Shown one piece after another: positions 10,331 through 19,908 of a stretch of 64,000 nucleotides of DNA (position 1 is the first letter of the stretch; each line of letters opens with the position of its first letter). Made by a program: the position numbers and the translations under genes. This DNA is from Anaerolineae bacterium (GTDB lineage: Bacteria > Chloroflexota > Anaerolineae > S140-20), in contig JALUTT010000171.1 in NCBI GenBank assembly GCA_027021705.1, positions 1-64,000 of the forward strand, read 5' to 3'. The notes under the pieces are model-generated. The model did no database searches, had not been told where the DNA came from, and was given only the letters and a program-made list of their open reading frames with translations.

Positions 10331-12099
10331 CGGAGCAGGGTGCCCCGGCCTGGGGTGCTCTGGAGGGTCAGGTCCCCCCCCATCGCCTCCACCCGCTCCT
10401 GCATAATGCGCAGGCCGAAATGGCTCCCTCCGTTCGACGGCTCCGCCGGCAACCCCACCCCATCGTCCTCCACCTCCAGGGTGACCTCATCGGCGTTGCT
10501 CCTCAGCCGCACCCAGACGCGCCGTGCGCGGGCATGGCGGTGTACGTTGACTAACGCCTCCTGGGCCACCCGGAAGAGCTGGACCTCCGCCCCCGGCGAG
10601 AGGAAGGGCTCCCCCTCCACGGCCAGGGAGACCTCCAGCCCGGTGCGGTCTGCGAAGGCCTCCACGTACTGCTGCAGGTGCTCCACCAACCCCTGATCGG
10701 GGTCGGGGGACCAGCGCAGGTCGTGGATGGTCAGCCGGACTTCCCCGTAGAGGTCTTGGACCACCTCCCGCAGCTCCCGCAGGGCCTGGCGGGCGGCCTC
10801 TTCGTGGCCCCGTCCCAACAAGCGCTCGATCTGCTGGACCTTGAAGTTCAGGAAGCCCAGGGATTGGGCCAGGCCGTCGTGGACCTCCCGAGCTAGCCGG
10901 CTGCGTTCCTCCAGGATGGCCTGGCGCTCCAGTTCGCCGTAGAGTTGGCTGTTGCGGATGAGCAGGGCCATCATCCCGGCCGCCGCCTTCAGGAAGGAGA
11001 GCTGGGTGGAGGTGAAAGGCTGCTGTCCCACCAGCGCCAGGACCCCCCGGACCTGCCCCTCGGCCACCAGGGGGACGGCCACCTGGTGGTCGGCTTCACC
11101 GGTCCCGTTTCCCACCAGGACCTCCCCCCCTTCCAGGGCTTGGTGGGCCAAGGTGGTGAGGGAAGGCGACACCTCCCGGCCGGGCCAGCCGGCGATGGGC
11201 AGCAGGGCCGGGAGTTCCTCCCCCTCCAACACTAGGAAGACCGCCCCCGCTTCAGCACGGTGGGCAAGGGCTACCTCCCCCAGCATCACCCCCACAGCAT
11301 CGGCCAAGCCTTCCCGTCGGCGCATCACCTGCTCCATCCGGTCGAGCATCTGGAACTCGCGGGCCCGCAGGCGGGCGTGGTCCATCGCCACGGCCAAAAG
11401 GGCGGCCATAGACTCCACCACGCGGCGGGAAGATGGGGAGATCTCCTCCCGACCGATCAGGTAGACGTTGAGCAGGGCATGGGGGGGATCCCCCGTGGAG
11501 AGGGGGAGACAGATCACCCCCCGAACCTGTAGGGGCGGGTTCTGCGGGTCGGAGAAGCAGAGCAGAGGGCACCCCTCCCGCACCGTGGCTGCCAAGGTGC
11601 GGCACCGCCCGCACCGAAGGTAGGCGCCGGCCGTGGTCAGGTGGGCCTCGATCGCCTCCCGGTGCTCCGGATGGAGATTCCGGGTGCCGGCCAGCACCCA
11701 CGGCCCCTCGGGATGCTCCCGCAGAATGAGGCTGGTGCTCACCGGACCCAGCACCTGGGCGGGCATGGAGAGGGCAATCTCGATGAGCGCGTCCATATCG
11801 GCGGTGATGGCTGCCTGGCGGCTGACCTGGTAGAGGGCCCGCAGGTGGGCCTCCGCCTCATCGCGCTCCCGAACCCGCTCCGCCAGCCAGGTCAAGGTAA
11901 GCCATGCCAGCGCCGGCCCGACGGTGCCGTAGACGGCGATCTGGGAGAGCATATGAAGGGGCCGGGGAAGCCCGCTTAACCAAGCGTGTTCCAGGGCCTG
12001 GTGGGCCAGGACGAGGAGGAAGGCCGCGATGGGCAGGACACGCCGGAGCGCCAAAAGGCGCTGGTAGAGAGGGTGGGGTTGGGGATGGGGTCCTTTCAT
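10288..12099 (-). CDS. GAF-domain HisKA_3 sensor histidine kinase
   Basis: two TM segments, GAF domains, ERSRLAREVHDGLAQ, QEALVNVHRHA, DDGVG, HFGLRIM. Confidence 0.92.
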   Translation of the reverse strand: MKGPHPQPHPLYQRLLALRRVLPIAAFLLVLAHQALEHAWLSGLPRPLHMLSQIAVYGTVGPALAWLTLTWLAERVRERDEAEAHLRALYQVSRQAAITADMDALIEIALSMPAQVLGPVSTSLILREHPEGPWVLAGTRNLHPEHREAIEAHLTTAGAYLRCGRCRTLAATVREGCPLLCFSDPQNPPLQVRGVICLPLSTGDPPHALLNVYLIGREEISPSSRRVVESMAALLAVAMDHARLRAREFQMLDRMEQVMRRREGLADAVGVMLGEVALAHRAEAGAVFLVLEGEELPALLPIAGWPGREVSPSLTTLAHQALEGGEVLVGNGTGEADHQVAVPLVAEGQVRGVLALVGQQPFTSTQLSFLKAAAGMMALLIRNSQLYGELERQAILEERSRLAREVHDGLAQSLGFLNFKVQQIERLLGRGHEEAARQALRELREVVQDLYGEVRLTIHDLRWSPDPDQGLVEHLQQYVEAFADRTGLEVSLAVEGEPFLSPGAEVQLFRVAQEALVNVHRHARARRVWVRLRSNADEVTLEVEDDGVGLPAEPSNGGSHFGLRIMQERVEAMGGDLTLQSTPGRGTLLRVAVRSPRSAVPSP

Positions 12100-12171
12100 A
12101 CCGCCTGCCCTGAGCCTGACGCCGTCCCAGTGGCTTCATTTTAACACACCTTGGGCGGAGCGGCAACATCT

Positions 12172-12223
12172 GAGCAAGGGGCAGGGGGCAAGGGGCAAGG
12201 GGCAAGGGGCAGGGGGCAAGGGG
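12172..12223. repeat. heptamer tandem repeat (GGGGCAA)n
   Basis: about 7 near-perfect units. Confidence 0.85.
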
Positions 12224-12232
12224 TGAGGATTG

Positions 12233-12697
12233 TCAGGGGCCGGTGGAAGGACCGTAGACGCTGTAACGGGCCTCGATGGCGGCGTAGATCTCGGCGATCG
12301 GCTTGCCCTCGGCGTACATCTGCATCACGTCCCGCGTGATGTCCACGCAGATCCTTCAGTAGGCCGCATGGTACTCGAGGGCGACGCTGCCGTCGGGGTT
12401 GGTCCCGGAGGCGTAGCAGGCGTAGTTGGAGGTATGGCCGCTGTTGACACAGCCGCAGTAGCAGGGGAACTGCCGAAGCAGGTCCGGGTTGGCCAGGGCG
12501 AAGCGGTAGGCCTCCCGTACCTCCGATGGCGCACTCCTCAAATCTGCGGGGAGGTCTGAGAGGGGGGCCATCCGTATCTCGACCCTCCTGCCCTTCTGCC
12601 CCCCGGTTTGGAACAGGAGGAGGGCCAGCAGCAGGATGATCCCTGCCGCGCCGATGAGCCCGACTACGATGATGACAGGACGTTTCCGATTGCGCAT
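12233..12697 (-). CDS. PCYCGC-motif membrane-anchored protein, predicted selenoprotein (UGA 12356-12358 = Sec; 154 aa)
   Basis: PCYCGC motif. Reading through the UGA gives HAAY-U-RIC-VDITRDVMQMYAEGKPIAEIYAAIEARYS...; hairpin CATCACG-CGGGA-CGTGATG follows the UGA. Confidence 0.85.
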
Positions 12698-12719
12698 CTC
12701 ATCCTCGGCTGTTCACTGG

Positions 12720-12781
12720 GCGACCGCTGGTGACCGACCGCCGACGGCGGACCGCCGACGGTGGACTGAGGACTGAGGACT
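12720..12781. repeat. degenerate heptamer repeats (CCGCCGA / GGACTGA)
   Basis: visible 7-bp periodicity. Confidence 0.65.
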
Positions 12782-12803
12782 TCATCCGACCATCTCCGAC
12801 CTG

Positions 12804-12869
12804 AGTATACCCTGTTCCCCGGCCATCGGACAGGGCTGTTTGGCCTACAGGTAGGTAGGCCAAATGGCC
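12804..12869 (-). promoter_or_regulatory. promoter with paired GGCCAnnTGGCC-like boxes (PCYCGC gene)
   Basis: -10 TATACT (12809..12804); boxes GGCTGTTTGGCC at 12834 and GGCCAAATGGCC at 12858. Confidence 0.7.
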
Positions 12870-12882
12870 TGGTCACTCCCTC

Positions 12883-12960
12883 TAAGGGGCAAGGGGCAAG
12901 GGGCAGGGGGCAAGGGGCAAGGAGCAAGGACTGAGGACCGAGGACTGAGGACTAAGGACC
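12883..12960. repeat. heptamer tandem repeats (AAGGGGC)n then (AGGACTG)n
   Basis: about 11 consecutive 7-bp units. Confidence 0.85.
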
Positions 12961-15645
12961 AATTGACACCCGCCCGGTGGTGCCATCCACGGTGATCGTC
13001 TGGCCGTCCCGGATGCGCCGGGTCGCCTCGGGGACGTTGACCACGGCCGGCACGCCGTACTCCCGCGCCACGATCGCGCCGTGGGAGAGCTGACCGCCCA
13101 CCTCCAGGACCAGCCCGGCGACCAGGGGGAAGATGGGCGTCCAGCCGGGGTCGGTGGCCCGTGTGACCAGGATCTCCCCCGGGCGCAGCCGGGTCGCCTC
13201 CCGGGGATCGTGGATGATGCGGGCCGTGCCCCGTACCCGACCGCCGCTGGCGGGTAGCCCCTGCAGCACCGAACCCGGCGGCTCATCGGGCGGGGGGAGT
13301 TCGATGGGGCGGCCATCGGGGCCGATCACCTCAGGGGCCTCGACGCCGAACCAGTGCTCGTAGGCCCTGCGTCGCCCGGCCACCAGCGCGGGCAGGTCCA
13401 GGCCGGCCGCTGCCGGATCCCCCGTGGTGATGAGCTTCTCCACATCGGGGACGGTGAGGAAAAAGACGTCGTTGGGCTCCCGCAGCCAGCCCCGCTCGGT
13501 CCACCGCCGGCCGAGGACCCGGTAGATGCGCACGAAGGGGAAGGCGATCTTGGTGATGTAGTGGCGTCCGTTGTCCCGCAGGCGCACGGCCTGTTGGGCC
13601 CTGGCCAGGACACGCCGGAAGATGGCCCGACGGAGGGGACCCAGGTGGGCCTCGACCCAGGCGATCGCCTCCTCCCGCCGCCGGCGCTGCCGCGCTTCGG
13701 CCTCGGCCGGGTTCACCCGATCGCCGGCCCGCAGGTAGCCGGCCACGATCTCGATGACCTGTTCCGGCGCTTCGGCCCAGCGGGGGTGGAGCCACTCCCC
13801 TTCGTTGGGGCAGCGGTGGCCGTGGCGCTGGAGGAAGCGCTCCAGCATCTGGATCACCGGTCGGGCCTGGGGCGTCTCCCGCAGCCGGGCCAGGGCCACC
13901 TCGGGGGGATGGTCCAGCAGGAGGTCGTCCAGGCCCAGGGCGCGGACCTGCTGGGCCATCTCCCAGAGGGCGAGGCCCATCTCGGCGGCGTAGACCCCGG
14001 AGAGGCCGGTGACGAGGTCGTGGGCCAGCTCCTCCCGACCGCACCAGCGGGCCAGCAGCTGCTGCAGCAGGCTGAACGCGGCCATCGCCGAACCGCTCAC
14101 CGCCGTGTGCAGGTTGATCACCTGGGTGGAGCGCTTCACCCAGACCTGGCGGATCTCGGCCCACAGTTCGGCGTCGTCGGCCTGCTCCAGGTCCCGCTCC
14201 AGGAAGTCGGCCACCCAGCGGTCAATCTGGGGGAAGAGGGCTTCCAGTTCCCGTTCAATCCCCAGCCGTCCCGCGATCAGGCTCAGGAAGGCCGGCAGGC
14301 GGCGCAGGAACCGGAGGGGGCGGAAGCGCTCCCGGCGCCGGGGGTGGGAGCGGCGTCGGCTCCCGAGGGCGGCGTCCACGAAGGAGCCAGGGAGCCCCAA
14401 CTCCTGGGTCAGGATGTGGGCGATGGCTCCCTCGTTGTAGTAGATGCGACCGTAGAAGCGCCGGCCCCATTGGATGTCGTCCAGGTAGGGAATGCGCAGA
14501 CCGCGCAGGAAGTAACGGGCCCCCTCGTTCATCGAGAGGGGGATGCCGGACCACAGCAGCGGGCTCACAGGGTAGGGCCAGGCCTCTCCCACGTTGACCC
14601 GCGTCCACAGGTCGAAGGGTTGGGGCGGCTTCTCCTCCAGGACGGGCCAGTCGTCGTCGCCGGGGACCTCGACCTCTCGGCCAGAGGGCTCCGGCGGCAG
14701 CGCCGTGATGGGCCGCGACTGGAGGACGAAGAGGTCGGAGCCGGCCAGGCACCACTCGATGTCCTGGGGAGCGCCGAAGTGGGCCTCGATCTCCCGGCCC
14801 AGCCGGGCCAGCCGAGCCACCTGGGCGTCGTCCAGGACGGGCACGTGTCGCCGCCCTGCCTCGACCTCGACCTCCGCCGTCCCGCCGGCCGCCGGCACCG
14901 ACATCACCCCCTTCTCGGCGACGATGCGCCGTCGGACCCGACCGGTCGCCTTCTCGACGACGAAGGTGTCGGGCGTCACCCGCCCTCCGACGATGGCCTC
15001 GCCCAGCCCCCAGGCCGCGTTGATGACGATCTCGTCCCGGGCCCCCGTCGTCGGGTTGGCGGTGAAGAGGATGCCCGAGACGTCGGCCGGCACCATCTGC
15101 TGCACGACGACGGCCAGGCCGACCGCCGCCGGGACGATGCCCTGGCGGGCCCGGTAGGCGATGGCGCGGGCGGTCCACAAGCTGGCCCAGCACCACCTCA
15201 CCGCCTCCAGCAGGGCCTCCTCCCCCTGCACGTTCAGGTAGGTCTCCTGTTGACCGGCAAAGCTGGCCTCCGGGAGGTCCTCGGCGGTGGCGGAGGAGCG
15301 GACGGCGACGGGGAGGGGGGCGGCGGGGGAGAGGTGGCGGTAGGCCCGGACGATGGCGGCGGCCACGGGCTCGGGGATGCTCCCCCGTTCAAAGAGCCGT
15401 CGGATGGCCCTGGAGGCAGCCTCCAGGGAGGCGGGATCGTCGGGGGAAGCCTGCCGGCCCATCGCCTCCAGGTGCTCCTGCAGGCTGTTGGCCTCGACGA
15501 AGGCGCGGTAAGCAGCCGTGGTGATGACGAAGCCCGGCGGCACGGGAAAGCCGGCCTGGGCCAGGCGGCTCAGGCCCGCTCCCTTGCCGCCGACGATCGC
15601 CAGCGGAGCTTCTGGGGCGTCGAGGGGAAGGGTGAAGGATGGCAT
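12952..15645 (-). CDS. PEP/pyruvate-binding + PEP-utilizing phosphotransferase (rifampicin-phosphotransferase-like architecture)
   Basis: VGGKGAGL, VAVRSSATAED, FAGQ, LQSRPIT; C-terminal TDPGWTP...SHGAIVARE. Start taken at MPSF because the longer ORF overlaps the permease. Confidence 0.88.
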   Translation of the reverse strand: MPSFTLPLDAPEAPLAIVGGKGAGLSRLAQAGFPVPPGFVITTAAYRAFVEANSLQEHLEAMGRQASPDDPASLEAASRAIRRLFERGSIPEPVAAAIVRAYRHLSPAAPLPVAVRSSATAEDLPEASFAGQQETYLNVQGEEALLEAVRWCWASLWTARAIAYRARQGIVPAAVGLAVVVQQMVPADVSGILFTANPTTGARDEIVINAAWGLGEAIVGGRVTPDTFVVEKATGRVRRRIVAEKGVMSVPAAGGTAEVEVEAGRRHVPVLDDAQVARLARLGREIEAHFGAPQDIEWCLAGSDLFVLQSRPITALPPEPSGREVEVPGDDDWPVLEEKPPQPFDLWTRVNVGEAWPYPVSPLLWSGIPLSMNEGARYFLRGLRIPYLDDIQWGRRFYGRIYYNEGAIAHILTQELGLPGSFVDAALGSRRRSHPRRRERFRPLRFLRRLPAFLSLIAGRLGIERELEALFPQIDRWVADFLERDLEQADDAELWAEIRQVWVKRSTQVINLHTAVSGSAMAAFSLLQQLLARWCGREELAHDLVTGLSGVYAAEMGLALWEMAQQVRALGLDDLLLDHPPEVALARLRETPQARPVIQMLERFLQRHGHRCPNEGEWLHPRWAEAPEQVIEIVAGYLRAGDRVNPAEAEARQRRRREEAIAWVEAHLGPLRRAIFRRVLARAQQAVRLRDNGRHYITKIAFPFVRIYRVLGRRWTERGWLREPNDVFFLTVPDVEKLITTGDPAAAGLDLPALVAGRRRAYEHWFGVEAPEVIGPDGRPIELPPPDEPPGSVLQGLPASGGRVRGTARIIHDPREATRLRPGEILVTRATDPGWTPIFPLVAGLVLEVGGQLSHGAIVAREYGVPAVVNVPEATRRIRDGQTITVDGTTGRVSIGP

Positions 15646-15653
15646 ACCTATGG

Positions 15654-16784
15654 CTAGGCCAGGCTGCGGCGCAGGCGGAGCACGCCGGTGCTCAGCAGCA
15701 CCGCCGCCATCAGCAGCAGGGCCAACGTCTGAGGCCACAGGACCTCCAGCCCGACACCTTTGAGGAAGATCCCCAGCGTCACCTCCACGTAGTAGCGCAG
15801 CGGGCTCAGGTAGATCAGCCACTGCAGGAGGCGGGGCATGTTCTGGACGGGCACGATCGTCCCGGACAGGAAGGCCAGCGGGAACAGGATGAAGAAGGCC
15901 AGCAGGAGGGTCTGCTGCATGTTCCGGGCGATGGTCCCCATCAACACGCCGATGCCGCTGCTGCTGAGGAACATGAGCACCGAGATGGCGTAGAAAAGCA
16001 GCAGGCTGCCGCGCAGGGGCACGCCGAAGATCCACATAGACATCGCGACCCCGATGGTCAGGCCCACCAGCTTGAGCAGGACCATCGGCACGATCTTGGC
16101 GGTGATCAGTTCGGCCCCGGTGATGGGGGTGATCATCAACTGCTCGAAGGTGCCGGCTTCCTTCTCCCGGACGATGGCGGCAGCAGGAACCAGCACGCCC
16201 AGCAGCAGCACCGAGATGGCCAGCATGGTCAGCATAATGAAGTGGACATACTTGAGCTGCGGCATGTAGAGGACCTGGATCTGGTTCTTCACCCGGGTCA
16301 GGAGCTGCTGCTTGCCCGGCCCCCCACGGGTGGTCTGGGCCAGCACCACCTGAGCGTTGTACTCCCGCAGCAGGTCGCTGGCGTCGGCCAGGGCCTGCCC
16401 GGCGATGCTGCTGTTGGAGCCGTCCACGACGATCTGCACCTTCGCCGACCGGCCGGCCCTGAGGTCCTGGCTGAAGCCGGCCGGGATGATCAGCGCGAAC
16501 TGAACCTCTCCCCGATCCATCAGCCGGTCAACGGCCGCCGGGTCCTCCAGCCGCTCCACCAGCCGGAAGCTCTCCCGTTGGACGAAGGCTTCCACCAGGG
16601 CTTGGCTCTCGGCCGAGCGATCGCCGTCGTAGACCGCCGTGGGCAGGTTCCGCACCTCTAGGGTCAAGGCCCAGCCGCAGATGGCGATCTCGACGAAGGT
16701 GTAGAGGATGAGCAGCACCAGCGCCTTGTCGCGGAAGAACTGGATGAACTCCTTGCGCATGAGACCCATCAGGCGACGTTTCAT
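15654..16784 (-). CDS. ABC-2 transporter permease (YbhR-like)
   Basis: KEFIQFFRD, VREKEAGTFEQL, FLSG..P, SPLRYY. Confidence 0.9.
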   Translation of the reverse strand: MKRRLMGLMRKEFIQFFRDKALVLLILYTFVEIAICGWALTLEVRNLPTAVYDGDRSAESQALVEAFVQRESFRLVERLEDPAAVDRLMDRGEVQFALIIPAGFSQDLRAGRSAKVQIVVDGSNSSIAGQALADASDLLREYNAQVVLAQTTRGGPGKQQLLTRVKNQIQVLYMPQLKYVHFIMLTMLAISVLLLGVLVPAAAIVREKEAGTFEQLMITPITGAELITAKIVPMVLLKLVGLTIGVAMSMWIFGVPLRGSLLLFYAISVLMFLSSSGIGVLMGTIARNMQQTLLLAFFILFPLAFLSGTIVPVQNMPRLLQWLIYLSPLRYYVEVTLGIFLKGVGLEVLWPQTLALLLMAAVLLSTGVLRLRRSLA

Positions 16785-16797
16785 CTTACCCTACCTT

Positions 16798-17934
16798 TTA
16801 CCCTACCTTCTTCTTGAAGCGCAACGATGCCAGCACCACCAGCGCCGCCGTGTAGACCACCAGCACCGCCAACGGCCCTGACCAGACCTCCGGTCCAACC
16901 CCCTTCAGGAAGATGCCATAGGTGATGTCGGTGTAGTGGCGGGCGGGGAAGAGGTAGGAGTAGACCTGGAAGACCTTGGGCATGGCGAAGATGGGGAACA
17001 TAAAGCCGGAGAAGATGAAGGCGGGCATCATGGTGAGGACGATGGCCAGTAGCATGGCCGCCAGTTGGCTGCGGGTGAGGGTGCTCACCAGCAGGCCGAT
17101 GGCCACCGTGCTGATCACGTAAGGCACGGAGGCCAGCAGGAAGAGCCCCATGCTCCCCCGCAGGGGCACCTCGAACCAGTAGCGCGTCGCCAGCAGCACC
17201 AGGACCAACTCGGCGAAGGCGATGAGGATGTAGGGGATCAGCTTGCCCACGATGAAGGCCCAGGGCCGCAGCGGCGAGACGAAGATCTGCTGGATGGAGC
17301 CACGCTCCTTCTCCCGCACGATGGCCAGCGCCGAGAGCAGCGGCGGGAAGGCCATCAGGATCACGCCGATGAGGCCGGGGACGATGAAGTTGACGCTCTT
17401 CAGGGAGGGGTTGTAGCGCACCCGGGGCACGGCTACCACGGCCGGGACCGGGGGGCCATCCTGCTCCCTCCCCCGCGTGGTCAGGGAGATGGGGAACCGC
17501 CGACTGGTGAAGAGATCGTTGAGGGCATTCGCGTAGCTCTGGATCACCCGGGCCGAGGTGGGGAAGGTGCCGTCCACCAGCGTCTGCACGGTGGCCGTTC
17601 GGCCCTCGGCCATGGTCTGGGCGAAGCCGGCGGGGATCAGCAGGGCGACCTGGGCCTTCCCCTGGTCTAGCAGGCGCTGGGCTTCGTCGAAGCTGGTGGG
17701 CCGGTAGCGGAGGTCGAAGCGGCCAGAGCCGACGAAGAGCTGGACGTAAGCCCGGCTCTCGGCGCTGTCGTCCAGGTCCACCACCGCCATAGGCACATCC
17801 CTGACGTCCAGGTTCAGGGAGTAGGCGAAGACGAAGAGGAGCACCAGGGGCAAGAAGATGGCGACGCCCAGAGTGTAGGGATCGCGCCAGATCTCGCGGA
17901 ACTCCTTCTTGAGGATAGGGAGGATGCCTTTCAT
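16798..17934 (-). CDS. ABC-2 transporter permease (YbhS-like)
   Basis: KKEFREIWRD, YNPSLKS.NFIVPG, REKERGS; ATG overlaps the upstream TGA. Confidence 0.9.
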   Translation of the reverse strand: MKGILPILKKEFREIWRDPYTLGVAIFLPLVLLFVFAYSLNLDVRDVPMAVVDLDDSAESRAYVQLFVGSGRFDLRYRPTSFDEAQRLLDQGKAQVALLIPAGFAQTMAEGRTATVQTLVDGTFPTSARVIQSYANALNDLFTSRRFPISLTTRGREQDGPPVPAVVAVPRVRYNPSLKSVNFIVPGLIGVILMAFPPLLSALAIVREKERGSIQQIFVSPLRPWAFIVGKLIPYILIAFAELVLVLLATRYWFEVPLRGSMGLFLLASVPYVISTVAIGLLVSTLTRSQLAAMLLAIVLTMMPAFIFSGFMFPIFAMPKVFQVYSYLFPARHYTDITYGIFLKGVGPEVWSGPLAVLVVYTAALVVLASLRFKKKVG

Positions 17935-19895
17935 ACGCTTTCCCTCGCCTTTCGACCGGCCTCTTCCATCTCGATGAAGAGCATAAACAGGTCCTCCAGG
18001 GAGATGGGTACCGGTTGGATCGGCCCGATGATCAGATCGTGGGGAGCCAGGGCCTCTTCGACGGCGCGCTGTCCGGCCTCGCTCTCCCACACCAGGATGC
18101 GGAGCTTGTCGCCGAAGATGGCGGTCTGGATGATCTCCGGCACCCTCTCCAGGGGGACCAGGGCGGCCAGAGGGTCCCGCACGGGGACCTCGATGAGCGA
18201 GCCCATCTTCATATTGGCCCGCAGTTGGGCCGGGCTGCCCCGGGCGATGAGCCGCCCCCGGTAGAGCAGCCCCAGGTCGTGGCAGTGCTCGGCCTCGTCC
18301 ATGTAGTGGGTGGTGACGAAGATGGTCACGCCCTGAGCGGAGAGGGCGAAGATCAGGTCCCAGAACTCCCGCCGGGAGACCGGGTCCACGCCGCTGGTGG
18401 GCTCGTCCAGGAAGAGGATCTCGGGCTCGTGGAGGATGGCGCAGCCAAGGGCGAGCCGTTGTTTCCAGCCGCCGGAGAGGTCCCGGGTCAGCAGGTGCTC
18501 CTTGCCCGTCAGGCCAGCCATCTCCAGCACCCATCGCTTCCGTTCGGCCAAACGGCGGGGGGAGAGGCCGTAGACGTCGCCGTAGAAGCGGATGTTCTCG
18601 GCGACGGTCAGGTCGTTGTAGAGGGAGAACTTCTGGGACATGTAACCGATGTGGGGCTTCATCGCGGTCCGTTGACGGACGATGTCGAAGCCGGCCACGG
18701 TGGCGGTGCCCTCGGAGGGGGGTAACAGTCCGCACAGCATGCGGATGGTGGTGGTCTTGCCGGAACCGTTGGGACCCAGGAAGCCGAAGATCTCCCCCCG
18801 GCGCACGTCGAAGCTGACGCGGTCCACGGCGGTGAAGGTGCCGAAGCGGCGGGTGAGGCCGTCGGCGCGGACGGCGACTTCGTAGGAGGAGTCGTCCATC
18901 GGCCCAAGGGCCTCCTCCGGCAGCGGGGCCAGGGGACGGCGGGGTGCATCGGCAGCCCGTAGGTCTTCAATGGCGGCGATGAAGACGTCCTCCAGGCTGG
19001 GGGTCGTGGTTTTGACCTCCTCCACGGTCACCCCTGCCGCGACCAGCCGGTCCGGCAGGGTGTTGATCAGTTCCTGCCCGTTGCGGAGCAGCAGGTGCAG
19101 CCGCTCGCCGAAGACCTGGACCTGGGTCACGCCGGGGGTCTCCCGCAGCCGGGCAACGGCACGGACCTGGGGCCGGGCGATCATCTCGACGGCCACCCCC
19201 CGCAGGCGCTTCTTGAGGGCCGAGGGGACGTCGCTGGCGATGATCTCGCCGCGCCGCATCAACGCCACCCGGTGGCAGCGCTCCGCCTCGTCCATGTAGG
19301 GCGTGGTGACGAAGATGGTGATCCCCTCGGCCAGGAACTCGTACAGGACCTTCCAGAAGTCCTGCCGGGAGACCGGGTCCACGCCGGTGGTCGGTTCGTC
19401 CAGGAAGAGCACCTGGGGCTGGTGGATCAAGGTGCAGGCCAGGGCCAGCTTCTTCTTCATACCGCCGGAGAGGTGCTCCGCCCGTCGGTGGCGGGCCTCT
19501 TCCAACCGGGCGAAGCGGAGCAGCTTCTCCTTCCGCTCGGCGGCCACCTCCGGCGGCACCTGATAGAGCTCGGCGAAGAAGTCCAGGTTCTCCTCCACGG
19601 AGAGCGACCCGTAGAGGGTGAAGCCTTCGGACATGTAGCCGATCTTCCCGCCCAGGTTGCTGGCCTGGCGCACCACGTCCACGCCGGCGACCGTGGCCGA
19701 TCCGGCGGTCGGGGTCAGGATGCCGCAGAGCATCTGAATTGTCGTGGTCTTCCCCGCGCCGTCGGGGCCGACCAGGCCGAAGATTTCGCCGGGCTCCACC
19801 GCGATGGTCAGGTCACGCACCGCCTCGATGCTGGCCTTGCCCCGCGACTTGTACACTTTACGCAAGTTCTGCGTGTGAATAATCGGTTGGTCCAT
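17931..19895 (-). CDS. ABC transporter ATP-binding protein with two NBDs (YbhF-like)
   Basis: GPDGAGKTT and GPNGSGKTT, two LSGG signatures, two LDEPT. Confidence 0.93.
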   Translation of the reverse strand: MDQPIIHTQNLRKVYKSRGKASIEAVRDLTIAVEPGEIFGLVGPDGAGKTTTIQMLCGILTPTAGSATVAGVDVVRQASNLGGKIGYMSEGFTLYGSLSVEENLDFFAELYQVPPEVAAERKEKLLRFARLEEARHRRAEHLSGGMKKKLALACTLIHQPQVLFLDEPTTGVDPVSRQDFWKVLYEFLAEGITIFVTTPYMDEAERCHRVALMRRGEIIASDVPSALKKRLRGVAVEMIARPQVRAVARLRETPGVTQVQVFGERLHLLLRNGQELINTLPDRLVAAGVTVEEVKTTTPSLEDVFIAAIEDLRAADAPRRPLAPLPEEALGPMDDSSYEVAVRADGLTRRFGTFTAVDRVSFDVRRGEIFGFLGPNGSGKTTTIRMLCGLLPPSEGTATVAGFDIVRQRTAMKPHIGYMSQKFSLYNDLTVAENIRFYGDVYGLSPRRLAERKRWVLEMAGLTGKEHLLTRDLSGGWKQRLALGCAILHEPEILFLDEPTSGVDPVSRREFWDLIFALSAQGVTIFVTTHYMDEAEHCHDLGLLYRGRLIARGSPAQLRANMKMGSLIEVPVRDPLAALVPLERVPEIIQTAIFGDKLRILVWESEAGQRAVEEALAPHDLIIGPIQPVPISLEDLFMLFIEMEEAGRKARESV

Positions 19896-19908
19896 GTCTC
19901 TCCGCTCA

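Noticed and set aside
12952..15645. Calling this gene ppsA or a proven rifampicin-resistance gene
   Set aside because: Lacks the C-terminal PEP-binding barrel of PpsA; substrate cannot be read from sequence
15646..18735. N-terminal extensions of ORFs 12952..16035 and 16798..18735
   Set aside because: They overlap the upstream genes in another frame; family-like sequence begins at 15645 and 17934
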